From the NCBI GenBank assembly GCA_050273025.1, contig CP158635.1, positions 26,908,001 through 26,972,000 on the forward strand: a DNA stretch of 64,000 nucleotides. The letters run 5' to 3'. The position numbers were made by a program, and so were the translations under genes. How positions within the stretch are numbered: the first letter of the stretch is position 1; every line of letters starts with the position of its first letter. The notes under the pieces are model-generated. The model was not told where the DNA came from and made no database searches. It saw only the letters and a list, made by a program, of their open reading frames with translations. This DNA is from Cenococcum geophilum. Lineage: Eukaryota. Shown here in pieces: positions 35,180 to 47,750 of the stretch.

Positions 35180-36435
35180 ATATTATCTAGAGGATACTCT
35201 AGCAAAAAACGTGTAAATAAACAATATAAGATTATCGGCTTTATTAGCAGTAGCACGTATAGCCGGGTATATAAGGCCTAGGGCAAAAATAGCTAGGTTG
35301 GAGAGTTTGCTATTAAGAAGTAAGTATTTTAACTATTGCCTTGCCACGTTATCTAACTAGCCTTAGGTTTAAGCCAAATAAAAAAGGTAAAATTTAGTAT
35401 ATAGGAATTTCCTAGTCAGCAATCCGTAAAATGGCACTTTATACTAAACTATCCCACCCCAATATAGTTTATACCGTTGAGATAATCCTTAAAGATAAGT
35501 ATATTTTTATTATTTTTAAATATATAGAGCACAATTTACTTTAAATTATTTATTATTATAATTAGCCTTAATAGCACGCAATTCCCGCACGGACTATTAA
35601 ATCTATCTTATACTAGCTCCTTTAGGGCTTAGTATACCTATATAAAAACTAGGTTATATATTAAGATCTTAAACCAGCCAATATTATAGTTACGAGCGTA
35701 GGGAAAGTAAAAATTAGAGATCTTAGCCTTACTTAATTATTCTATAAACCTTTTTATTCTCTCTTTACTGGCGACAAGGTTATTATAACTATTTAATACC
35801 AAGCACTAGAACTACTCCTTAAAAGCAGGTATTATACTCCCACTATTAACCTATAGGCTATTAGATATATTTTTGCAGAGTTATTATTACTTAGGCCGAT
35901 CTTTAAGGGTAAAGAAGCTAAGATAGACAGCAAAAAAACCGTTCCTTTTTAGCGAAATTAGATATAAAAGATTATAAAGATCCTTAGTATGCTAAGCAAA
36001 GAGCGGTAGCCCTTATTATTAGCAATGCCCGAATTTAGTTAACTAGGCTTACTCTCCGCTAGAAATCTACAAATATATCGTCCTATAGGCTTAGAGCAAT
36101 AGTACTATTAATGCCTTAAGACTAACCAGTATCTAGCCGGCCAATTAGGTACCACTTTGGGTTCTAAAGGTCTCTCGCTACTTAACGGTCTTCTAGAGTA
36201 TAATCCTTAAAAACGCCTAACTGCTAAGTAAGCTCTTTATTATCCTTACTTCTCTACTTATAGGGAAAGACCCTTAGAAAATTACTTTAAGGGATCTATA
36301 ATCAAATACCCGTATCGCCAAGTAAGTTAGGAAGATAATAATATCCAGACGTCAAGCTTACTAGGCATAAAGAGAAGTAGATTACCAGATAATTTACTTA
36401 TAGGTAGACCCGTAAAGAGACTTAAGGAAGGCTAA
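35180..36435 (+). pseudogene. ssn3: RIP-destroyed Mediator kinase CDK8/Srb10
   Basis: KKRVNKQYKIIGFISSSTYSRVYKA, DLKPANIIVT, SLFTGDKVIITI*YQALELLL and LRPIFKGKEAKIDSKKTVPF*RN* are characteristic of fungal Ssn3 once G>A/C>T changes are reverted. First intron has a GTAAGT donor. Confidence 0.92.
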
Positions 36436-38315
36436 ATATAGTCTATTTAAGCTCTCTATCTAATACTAAAGATCTATATCCTTATCGCGTCTAGCTTAGT
36501 TTTAATCTAAAAGCCGAATTTTCCTAACACCCATATTCGCCACCTATTAAGATAGCCTATATAGACAGTTAGCATACCCTATACTAACAAAGCCACTATA
36601 TTTCTAGCTATTAAGACAGCGATAGATAGAGCCAGCTTTGTGGAAAGATTTAACACTCTATATATTAAATTCAAAATCACAGCAAAAGAAAAGAGAAGAG
36701 ACTTAAGCAATCCTAGTCACCCCTAATAGCCCAATTGTAACTAGGCTTTAATACTTCCTAGTTAGAAATATACGTATAGTCGGAGGTTCTTAGTTATTCG
36801 ATCATACTAAATACTCTTATTAGACCCCTCCCCAACTTCCATTAAATAGGCGAAATATTTATTATTAGACCTAGTATCTCCATAAAATACCCCTTAAAGG
36901 TATTAATATATACAACAGACTTTATAAAACCATTCCGTATACTAATAACTTTGTTAATTATATTATAGAAGAGCCGAATATTATTAAATCTGGCCTTAGA
37001 TCAGATATACAGAAAGAGAAAAAGTTTTAATTAAGTACTAGCTTATAAATTACAAAACGGAGTTCTTATATTAGGACATAATTAAACTAAGTATAGTCCC
37101 TTTAACTAATTGGTATCTTAGAGAGCTAGATAAAGAGAGGAAATTGTACCTGCTACTGCGTATATCGTATATAAGATTAATGGAGATTAAGGAGAAGGTC
37201 AAGACAGTGTTAGAAAATGCACGTACGATATAATTTATTCTTACCCCAACCACAACTATACCAAGTTGCTATTATAAATGGCCTCTCAAATCTCCTCCTA
37301 TAACTGGCGAAAAATGCCTAATATATTACTTATGCTTTAGGTATCTAGAAAGATTAGGTAAAAGTATAGTTTAGGAAGCCGTTATTTATTCTTATTAGTT
37401 AGCATCTTTAGAGAGACACTAGGCATATATCACATCTTAGTTTATACTTTTGTCCCATATTTACTAATATATTGCCTTTTACGGCGCTAACATTACTATA
37501 AATTTCTTTATTACCCAAATCCTAATCCTCCTTTACTCCATTTATGGTGGTATTTTAACTTAAATAATTATCCGAGGCGGCCTAGGAAGTAAACAATGCT
37601 AAGATATACCTTTTTCCTTTTTGGCATTTCCGTAAAAATATAACAACGACTTGCCACCTAGAGACTTTATAAATAGCTTACAATACAGGCCCCTCAATAG
37701 TTAATTATTGCGTTACCTAAATATACCAAGAATCGACTTTAAACGATTTAATTATTGACATCGGCAGGATTCCTCCGGTTTATACATTAATATTACTACA
37801 GCCTTACCCTACCACAGCCCATTGATTCGCCATCATTTTAGGCGGTCTTGAAGGTGAATCTAGGCAAAGGCCCCTAATCCGTATATAAAATCCCGCCAAC
37901 AACTATCCTCTCTCACTATTACACTACGTAGCTCAGTCTAATTTATACCCTATTCAGTTCTTACACTTCTAACCCAGTCACTCTCTTAGCTTATGATATT
38001 TGTTTTATAACGTCACTATAAAGCCATCCTTAATCCCAGTCCTCGCGACATTCCTATTAAGCACTATTGGGGCCCCAGCTACTATTGTTGGTGGAGTAGC
38101 TGCCAATCCTCCAGATATCTTTAACGCTATATTCTAACTCATTACTCTGAACATGCACAATCTCTTCTGTTCCCGGCATTGTTCTCCACTTATTTAGTGT
38201 TCGAACCCATGCTAAGATCAAATTGATGAGGATCTAGGCCATTTATATAGGGGAGGGACCCCCCCTATAGAACCCCTAAACTAGGCCCTATTTAGCTTTC
38301 AACACTTAAAGCTAA

Positions 38316-38390
38316 GGGCACGTTCGGTTGCAAATCGCCTCATGCGGGCCATCGCGAGGCATCGGCAAATGATTTGCACCGATATACACG
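38316..38390. mobile_element. Degenerate Tourist/Harbinger-like hairpin MITE related to 14617-14691
   Basis: TAA|GGGCACGTTCGGTTGCAAATC...GATTTGCACCGA; shares GTTCGGTTGCAA with the 14.6-kb element. Confidence 0.45.
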
Positions 38391-40319
38391 GACTAAAGAA
38401 ATCCAAAGGAGTCTCAGAAAGGAGTCTTAGATTACCTTGCATTCTATATCCCCATTAGCCACCCTTACCTTACCCCTTACCCCTCGCCCCCCGGACAAAT
38501 TACAAAATCCTAGTTATTGCATCTATTTTATTAAATACTAAAATAGGATTAGATAATAACAGACTAATAAAATAAAAAGTAATAAAAGAATGTTAAAATA
38601 AATGCGCAGTAACTAAGAAAAGGTCCCATATTTACTAAACGCATAGATTTAAAGATGCATTTTATACTTAAGGGTTACTTTATAAACGTTATATTTAATC
38701 TTACTCTACTATAGGAGTTTAAAGAAATATATATTTTAGAAATACTCTATAAAAGCAGTTAGAGTATAAAACCAATATATACACCTACTAATTGGGAGCC
38801 TTTTATTCCCAAAATAGATAAAGTATATTTTTAGTCTTTTCTCCTTATATAGGGATAACTTTGCCCTCTTTAGCACCTTAGCTGCTTCTAAAATCTTAGT
38901 ATCTTCTTTAATTTTAATTTTGCTAAGGGCAATATTTATCCTAAACCATCTTTAGTAATAATTCTGCTAATATACTCTACCTTCCTTAATATTACAGTAA
39001 TTTGCAACTATATTAATGGCATTATTGCGTTTATATATCTTATTTTTTTAATAATATGCTAAAAAGCATTATAATTACTTTAATAAGGTATTTATATTTA
39101 ACTAATTTATTATTACTAGATTCTAAAGTTGCTTTAATATCTTTGCTAAATTTAACCTTAGAAAGTTGCCGCTTAATATTAATTATAGCCTATTTATTGT
39201 CCTAATTCTTTTTAATATTACCTTTTATTTATAATTTCCTAGCTAAATATTTAGTATTTTTTATTCCTTATGGCTTTGCTCTTAAGTCTGCCTTATAAAT
39301 TATTTTGAATTTTAATTAAAATATAAATACGCGGGTTCTTATTTACTAATAAGGATTGTTCTATTGTTAAATATTGTAGCTACTATAGATCAATCAATCA
39401 ATTAATTTATTATGCTACTTTTATTAACTTTTTCTAAGGATTTAGGCCTTAAGTAGTTGTCTATATATTTATATTAACATATTATAGAAAGTAATTCTTT
39501 AAGAATATTTAAATATCAATGTGCTGCATTAAGATAAGATATTTAATTACGCTATTGCGGTTCCCGTTAGGGTCTATATAGCGGGTCTATATAGGTATAT
39601 ATATATATATATATATATACGCATATATAAGAGGGAAATTGTAAGGTACATTATTAGGGTGTATAGTAGGGAGTAGGCAAGCCGAGCATAAGTCATAAGG
39701 AGAGTTGATGGAAGAGGACGATATGGTAATAAGGGTAGGTAATAGCCCAGGTATAAAGACGAACCGATAGGGGAGGAATATAGCTAGGGCCGGATAAAAC
39801 CTCTCCTTCTGTTATACGGCCTATATAGCCTCTCTTATAATTAGTAGCTACTAAGCACGAGTAGACGTCTCCTTAAGGCGCTATAGAAAAACCATCTTAA
39901 TACGTACTCCTGGGTCTGTCCGGTAGGGTATATAGCTAAAGCCTAGGTTCCGTTCCTAGCTGCTTTAGTTATCTAAGTAGGGCGTAGGCTAGCGGCCCGC
40001 TAGGCTAGTAGTGTAGAATTTTAGGGGGGGAATAAAAGGGAGTTTTATAGGGGTTTGACGTATATTACGTACACCACCATCTACATCGTTATACGCGGCT
40101 CTGTAGCTATAACGGTGCTAGGGCGCGTTACCTACTAGATTCTGCCAAGTTATTACGGAAGTGGGCACGAGCTAGAATACAATGTACTAAACGGGGTAGT
40201 AATTAAAGAAGGCTACGTACGCGTAACTATGCGTAGTTAATATAAAGACATTTAGATAAAGAAGAAGAGTTTTCGTATATTAGGTACGGGTATAAATAGG
40301 GGTTGTAGGGGTATATGCG

Positions 40320-43300
40320 TAGGTATCGGAGGTCCGGGTTAAGCTTGGCGTAACCTCGGGTTACGCACGACCCCCTAAGGTCTGCGACATATCGTTTAAA
40401 TATTACCCCCCCCCTTTGGTGGTGGCCCCTACTTTTTGGACGCGTTTTTAAGGCCTAGGTTAGTACTAGGTTAGTATAAAGGTCCTCGTCGCGCGCTATC
40501 GACCTCACCGTTGCCTCGACAAACCTATTTTCCAACCCTTTACTATTTTCGTGCCTGCGCTAGCTCCTGGCTTGCGCGGGGCTTCTGATTTTATATAGAA
40601 AGGCCTACTATAATTCTAATTCTATAATATAGAGCCCTCTTCTTTTCCTTCTTTATTAATATTTACGCGTTCGGTAGCTTTATTTACCCATGCCGCGCTT
40701 ACGCGTCTACCCCCTTACCTCTTGCGGATATAGAGTCTCTTAAGAATCTTCTTACCCTATAGTCTACTACGGAAGCCCCCCTAGCTTCCTCCCCCTATAG
40801 CCTCCTCCAGAATAAATTCAAGGCCTAGATAGCACAGCTATAGGATATTTATAAGGCCTAGCGCTTAAAGAATACTATAAGGGCGTATAAGCTAAAGTAG
40901 AAAAAGTGGGAAGACTAATGCGCGAGATTGGAAGGTAATATAGATGGCGCCTAGGTAACGGAAGATAAGCTTTGCTTATTTTTAGAGTAGTAAGTTATTA
41001 ATTAAGAATCGCGGGCCGCTGGCTATTAAAGACGGAAGCTAAAACAGAAAGAGATATAAAAAGATGGTAAGCGGGTAAAGAAGAGGCAGAAGACCACCGT
41101 AGGAGGGCTACTAGGGGGAAAGGCAGCCGTAGGGGCAGCTGTAGCCGTAGAGGAGGAAGCTATAAAGGAGGAAGAGATATAGGATAAGGAGGCCCTAGAC
41201 GCCCTATTTAACAAAACGGTCCAATACTTAGTTATAAATAGCTACGTCTCCGCTATTACTAAGCTCTATATATAGTAGTCAGAAGGTAAGACCTTATAGC
41301 CGCTATAGGGGGCGAAGCTCTTAGTGGTACTAGATAGTATCCGCCGTAATAAGGACCAGATTTAACGCGTTAACTTTATTAATTAAGGCCTATTTATAAT
41401 TACTAATAGCTATAATATTAAAGGGCTTAAAAAGGCAATTACTTAGTATTAGGAGATAGGTTTTAAGAAGCTAGGCTTAATTAAGTTTTACCTTTAAACT
41501 GCAGCTAAGTATTTATTAGGTTTGTATATACCCTATTTAGTTTATATAGCTACCATTTTCTAACCCGTTCTTTAGGCTATACTACTATTACCTAGGGTAA
41601 AAGTAGACGGGACGTTTAGCTTGCTAATCTTATCCTTATTAAACTAGAGAATAAAGGGCCTAAACTAGACAAGTTAGCGCTATATATAATTATGTTAATA
41701 ATATAGGGGAAGCAGAATTAGCACGGCAAGGTTAAGTATATAGGCTGTATACGCAATACTAACCCTATCCTCTGCCCTTTCTCTACAATAGCCTTTTACT
41801 TCTTTAACCGCTAGGGTAAGAATGGCGCTAAAAGCTTTCTATCCTTTCGGTAGCTAGAGGACTACTATAACCTATACGTCTTTCTTAGCAGTATTAAAGT
41901 ACCGTAACGGCCGTTAAGCTATTATATGTAGTTTAAATAGAATAAAAAGATGTTCTAAGGGGTAGGGATTTATTTAAAAGAGAAAACCTATAGCGCCCGT
42001 AAGCAGAGCGTCCGGTATACTAAGCTTAGCGGCGTTAAGGAGACCCAAATTAGATAGGCTGGACGCTAGAATATAAACGTGATGACGGGAGCCTACCTTA
42101 GCTACCTACTCCGTATATTTATGCGGTTAATTACTAGCTTCCTAAAGGAAGGAAAGGGCTACTTTCTTCCCCGCGCACGGGAGGTGCCAGAGAAGGTACT
42201 CTATTTAAAGATATGGCCTAAGACTAATATCTAGCTAAAATGTATAGAGACCTACTACTTAGAGAGGGTAAATAATAAGGTCGTACGGCTTAACCTTATA
42301 GGCTTAGGATTTCTACGCCTCCTCCGCGCGCTTAGGGTAATCCTATTATAGGACTTAGTAATTTTACGCAAGTAGTTCCCACTCTACCCTCTATAGAAGG
42401 ACTCCCTCTTTAGCTATAAGGAGTACTAGAGGTTTATTACGTAGGTAAAAAGCTTACTAGCTAGCGTAGTTATACTAGATAAGATAATAATATAGAAATA
42501 CTGGCCTGCTTATAAGGCTATAGCTAAGTTAAAATATAAGGCCGCGATCTTAGAGATAAAGGGGGTTTAATTACGCGTATAGATAATCTTAGAACGCCTT
42601 AGCGAGATAAAAAGGTTATTAGCATTATTTGCACCTATATAGATCTAATAAGGGAAGATAGGTATCTAGATAGGGCCTATAGAGTCCATATAGCCGTCTT
42701 TAGACGGCCCCGTACCCGTACCTATACCTACACCTATACCTATACCTATACCCACGTTTGTTCCTAAACGCGTTAACGGCTAGATTCCGTCTTTAGATAA
42801 ACCCTCTTCTATATATCTAACCCCTATAGAGATACTAAGGGGTCCTTAACTATCTACCGCTGTAGAGCCTACTTAGCCGTCTATTATAATATCTACTATA
42901 ACATCTACTATACCCCTATAGCAGCTGCCGTAAGCTTCTATTATACCCCCGCCACAGCTACCGCAAGCTTCTACTATACCCCCGCTATAGCTGCCGCAAG
43001 CTAACGCTTAACCTTTTCTATTTATTCTTAACCTATAGGCGCCGCTAAGGAAATATAAGATACTCTAGGGCGGTAATTTAGTATTCTAGCTTTAGGCTAA
43101 GTAGACTTTAGGGCTAGCAAATAGGCCGTTAATTAAAGCTCTTAATTACTGCTAGGGGGCGCGCTAGCGGGTTAATAGCAAGGCTATGTTCTATAGCTGT
43201 TGCCGTAGGATAATTAAGGATATAAAACAGCGCGTAGAAGATAGTACGGTAAGAGACGAGAGATAGGCTATTAACCAGCTAGAACAGCTACGAGGTTGGC

Positions 43301-43884
43301 ATTCTTTAGATTGGCTTTATAAAAATATCTAAATAGTTATTTTACTATAGTAACTAAGACGCCTTAATATATAACTACACTACGGTAACTAACCGAGACA
43401 CCTCTATATACAAATGCACTACGGTAACTAAGACGTCTTAATATAAAACTATACTAATAACTAAGACGTCTTAATATAGGACTGTACTATAGTAACTAAG
43501 ACGCCTTAATATATAACTGCAGTAACTAAGACGCCTTAATATATAACTGTACTACAGCGACCGAGACGCCTTAATATAGGACTATAGTGACTATAGTGCA
43601 GTCCTATATTAAGACGTCTCGGTTATTAGAGTATAGTCCTATATTAAGGCGTCTCGGTTACTATAGTATAGGTATTTTAAATTTAGAGCAATATTACGCG
43701 ACTGCCTAGAAGTACTGATTAAACTTAAATTATATACCTTTTCGCCTAAAATCGCGTGCGAGGGTACTTGGGGGCGGTTGCTGCGCGACCAAGTGCGGGG
43801 TCGGGCGCGTTATTAGTAGGGGTGGCCCTAACCTCGTATTAACCCGGGTCATAACCGCGCCAAATGACCCCCCTAAATATGTGA
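40320..43884 (+). mobile_element. CryptonF-type tyrosine-recombinase DNA transposon, copy 1 (ORF about 40730-43332), RIPped
   Basis: RIP-reverted Ndc10-II/YR-like motifs GKQNQHGKVEY.GC.RN.DP.LCP, KTHSARK, IRRAGRW..D.MTGAYLS.LPR.FMR..AGF and LRVILLQDS, plus a C-terminal GCR1_C-like LWAEWTLGL.NGPSIEALD..WG.RWR. No TIR; 8-bp terminal direct repeat TAGGT(A/G)TC. Confidence 0.88.
43343..43668. repeat. Foldback array of about 30-bp units (CACTACAGTAACCGAGACGCCTTAATAT) at the Crypton 3' end; second copy at 46906-47231
   Basis: About six direct units followed by two inverted units, forming a hairpin. Confidence 0.85.
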
Positions 43885-46800
43885 TAGGTATCGGAGGTCC
43901 GGGTTAAGCTTAACGTAACCTCGGGTTACGCACAACCCCCTAAGGTCTACGATATATCGTTTAAATATTACCCCCCCCCTTTAGTAGTGGCCCCTACTTT
44001 TTAGACGCGTTTTTGAGGCCTAGGTTAGTACTGGGTTAGTATAAAGGTCCTCGTCGCGCGCTATCAACCTCACCGTTGCCTTAACAAACCTATTTTCTAA
44101 CCCTTTACTGTTTTCGTGCCTGCGCTAGCTCCTAGCTTACGCGGGGCTTCTAATTTTATATAGAAAGGCCTACTATAATTCTAATTCTATAATATAGAGC
44201 CCTCTTTTTTTCCTTCTTTATTAATATTTACGCGTTCAGTAGCTTTATTTACCCGTACCGCGCTTACGCGTCTACCCCCTTACCTCTTACGGATATAGAG
44301 TCTCTTAAAAATCTTCTTACCCTATAGTCTACTACGAAAGCCCCCCTAGCTTCCTCCCCCTATAGCCTTCTCCAGAATAAATTTAAGGCCTAGATAGCAC
44401 GGCTATAGGATATTTATAAGGCCTAGCGCTTAAAGAATACTATAAGGGCGTATAAGCTAAAGTAGAAAGAGTGGGAAAACTAATACGCGAGACTGGAAGG
44501 TAATATAAATAGCGCCTAGGTAACGGAAGATAAGCTTTGCTTATTTTTAGAGTAGTAAGTTATTAATTAAGAATCGCGGGCCGCTAGCTATTAAAGACAG
44601 AAGCTAAAACGGAAAGAGATATAGAAAGATGGTAAGCGGGTAAAGAAGAGGCAGAAGACCACTATAGGAGGGCTACTAGGGGGAAAGGCAGCCGTAGGGG
44701 CAGCTATAGCCGTAAGGGAGGAAGCTATAAAGGAGGAAGAGATATAGGATAAGGAGGCCCTAGACGCCCTATTTAACAAAATGGTCTAATACTTAGTTAT
44801 AAATAGCTACGTCTCCGCTATTACTAAGCTCTATATAGTAGTTGGAAGGTAAAACCTTATAGCCGCTATAAGGGGCGAAGCTCTTAGTAGTACTAGATAG
44901 TGTCCGCCGTAATAAGGACCAGATTTAACGCGTTAACTTTATTAATTAAGGCCTATTTATAATTACTAATAGCTATAATATTAAAGGGCTTAAAAAGGCA
45001 ATTACTTAGTATTAGGAGATGGGTTTTAAGAAGCTAGGCTTAATTAAGTTTTACCTTTAAACTGCAGCTAAGTATTTATTAGGTTTGTATATACCCTATT
45101 TAGTTTATATAGCTACCATTTTCTAACCCGTTCTTTAGGCTATACTACCATTACCTAGGGTAAAAGTAGACGGGACATTTAGCTTGCTAATCTTATCCTT
45201 ATTAAACTAGAGAACGAAGGGCCTAAACTAAACAAGTTAGCGCTATATATAATTATGTTAATAATATAGGGGAAGCAGAATTAGTATGGCAAGGTTAAGT
45301 ATATAGGCTGTATACGCAATACTGACCCTATCCTCTGCCCTTTCTCTATAATAGCCTTTTACTTCTTTAACCGCTAGGGTAAGGATAGCGCTAAAAGCTT
45401 CCTATCCTTTCGGTAGCTAGAGGACTACTATAACCTATACGTCTTCCTTAGCAGTATTAAAGTACTATAACGGCCGTTAAGCTATTATATATAGTTTAAA
45501 TAGAATAAAAAGATGTTCTAAGGGGTAGGGATTTATTTAAAAGAGAAAACCTATAGCGCCCGTAAGCAGAGCGTCCGGCATGCTAAGCTTAGCGGCGTTA
45601 AGGAGACCTAAATTAGATGGGTTGGACGCTAGAATATAAACGTAATAACGGGAGCCTACCTTAGCTACCTACCCCGTATATTTATGCGGTTAATTACTAG
45701 CTTCCTAAAGGAAGGAAAGGGCTACTTTCTTCCCCGCGCACGGGAGGTGCCAGAGGAGGTATTCTATTTAAAGATATAGCCTAAGACTAATATCTAGCTA
45801 AAACGTATAGAGACCTACTACTTAGAGAGGGTAAATAATAAGGTCGTATGGCTTAACCTTATAGGCTTAGGATTTCTACGCCTCCTCCGCGCGCTTAGGG
45901 TAATCCTATTATAGGACTTAGTAATTCTACGTAAGTAGTTCCCGCTCCACCCTCTATAGAAGGACTCCCTCTTTAGCTATAAGGAGTACTAGAGGTTTAT
46001 TATGTAGGTAGAAAGCTTACTAGCTAGCGTAGTTATACCAGATAAGATAATAATATAGAAATACTGGCCTGCTTATAAGGCCGTAGCTAAGTTAAGATAT
46101 AAGGCCGCGATCTTAGAGATAAAGGGGGTTTAATTACGCGTACAGATAATCTTAGAACGCCTTAGCGAGATAAAAAGGTTATTAGCATTATTTGCACCTA
46201 TATAGATCCAATAAAGGAAGACGGGTATCTGGATAGGGCCTACGGAGTCCATATAGCCGTCTTTAGACGGCCCCGTACCCGTATTTATACCTACACCCGT
46301 ATCTATACCTATACCCGCGTTTGTTCCTAAACGCGTTAACGGCTAGATTCCGTCTTTAGATAAACCCTCTTCTATATATCCGACCCCTATAGAGATACTA
46401 AGGGGTCCTTAACTGTCTACCGCTGTAGAGCCTACTTAGCCGTCTACTATAACATCTACTATAACGTCTACTATACCCCCGTAGTAGCTGCCGTAAGCTT
46501 CTACTATACCCCCACCACAGCTACCGCAAGCTTCTACTATACCCCCGCTATAGCTGCTGCAAGCTAACGCTTAACCTTTTCTATTTATTCTTAACTTATA
46601 GGCGCCGCTAAGGAAATATAAGATACTCCGGGGCGGTAATTTAGTATTCCAGCTCTGGGCTAAGTAGACTTTAGGGCTAGCAAATAGGCCGTTAATTAAA
46701 GCTCTTAATTACTGCTAGGGGGCGCGCTAGCGGGTTAATAGCAAGGCTATGTTCTACAGCCGTTGCCGTAGGATAATTAAGGATATAAAACAGCGCGTAG

Positions 46801-47455
46801 AAGATAGTACGGTGAGAGACGAGAGATAGGCTATTAACCAGCTAGAATAGCTACGAGGTTGGCATTCTTTAGATTGGCTTTATAAGAATATCTAAATAGT
46901 TATTTTACTACAGTAACTAAGACGCCTTAATATATAACTGCACTACGGTAACTAACCGAGACACCTCTATATACAAATGCACTACGGTAACTAAGACGTC
47001 TTAATATAAAACTATACTAATAACTGAGACGTCTTAATATAGGACTGTACTGCAGTAACCAAGACGCCTTAATGTATAACTGTAGTAACTGAGACGCCTT
47101 AATATATAACTGTACTATAGCGACCGAGACGCCTTAATATAGGACTATAGTGACCATAGTGCAGTCCTATATTGAGACGTCTTGGTTACTAGAGTATAGT
47201 CCTATATTAAGGCGTCTCGGTTACTGTAGTGTAGGTATTTTAAATTTAGAGCAATATTACGCGACCGCCTAGAAGTACTGATTAAACTTAAATTGTGTAC
47301 CTTTTCGCCTAAAATCGCGTGCGAGGGTACTTGGGGGCGGTTGCTGCGCGACCGAGTGCGGGGTCGGGCGCGTTATTAGTAGGGGTGGCCCTAACCTCGT
47401 ATTAACCCGGGTCGTAACCGCGCCAAATGACCCCCCTAGATATGTGATAGGTGTC
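43885..47455 (+). mobile_element. CryptonF-type element, copy 2 (ORF about 44295-46895), head-to-tail with copy 1
   Basis: Colinear with copy 1 at a period of about 3565 bp; differences are almost all transitions. Confidence 0.88.
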
Positions 47456-47519
47456 TTGAGATAAACGTAAGCACGGGTTAAGAACGTTAAAGCGCGCAGG
47501 GACATGAGAACGGGTGACA

Positions 47520-47750
47520 AGTTCTGCCAACTTGCTAAATTCTGTTAAATTCTGCCAACTTGCTAAATTCTGCCAGATTCTGCCAAATTCTACTAACTTG
47601 CTAAATTGCTAAGTTCTACCAAATTCTGCTATATCGTTAAGTTCTACTAGTTTCTGCTAGGTTCTGCCATACCTATAATATTCTGCTATATTTAGCAAAT
47701 TGCCGCTATATATGGTAAATTGCCGCCATATTACTATAGTTTGCTATACT
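47520..47750. repeat. (AAATTCTGCC)n minisatellite in the LINE 3' region
   Basis: Degenerate 10-bp units visible directly in the sequence. Confidence 0.85.

Larger units (their letters stand above)
40151..47519. mobile_element. Probable solo LTR (about 240 bp; 40151-40327 plus 47456-47519) split by the Crypton pair
   Basis: Termini TATTAC (RIPped TGTCAC) and GTGACA, both embedded in the same TTCTGCCAA minisatellite context. No clean TSD. Confidence 0.45.

Noticed and set aside
38316..39530. Autonomous Harbinger transposase following the TIR-like motif
   Set aside because: The downstream coding remnant is the DUF3435 C-terminus, and the TIR closes locally as a small hairpin.
43343..43668. CRISPR-like array (also considered for 63490-64000)
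   Set aside because: Eukaryotic DNA, no unique spacers, inverted or contiguous units, and no cas genes.
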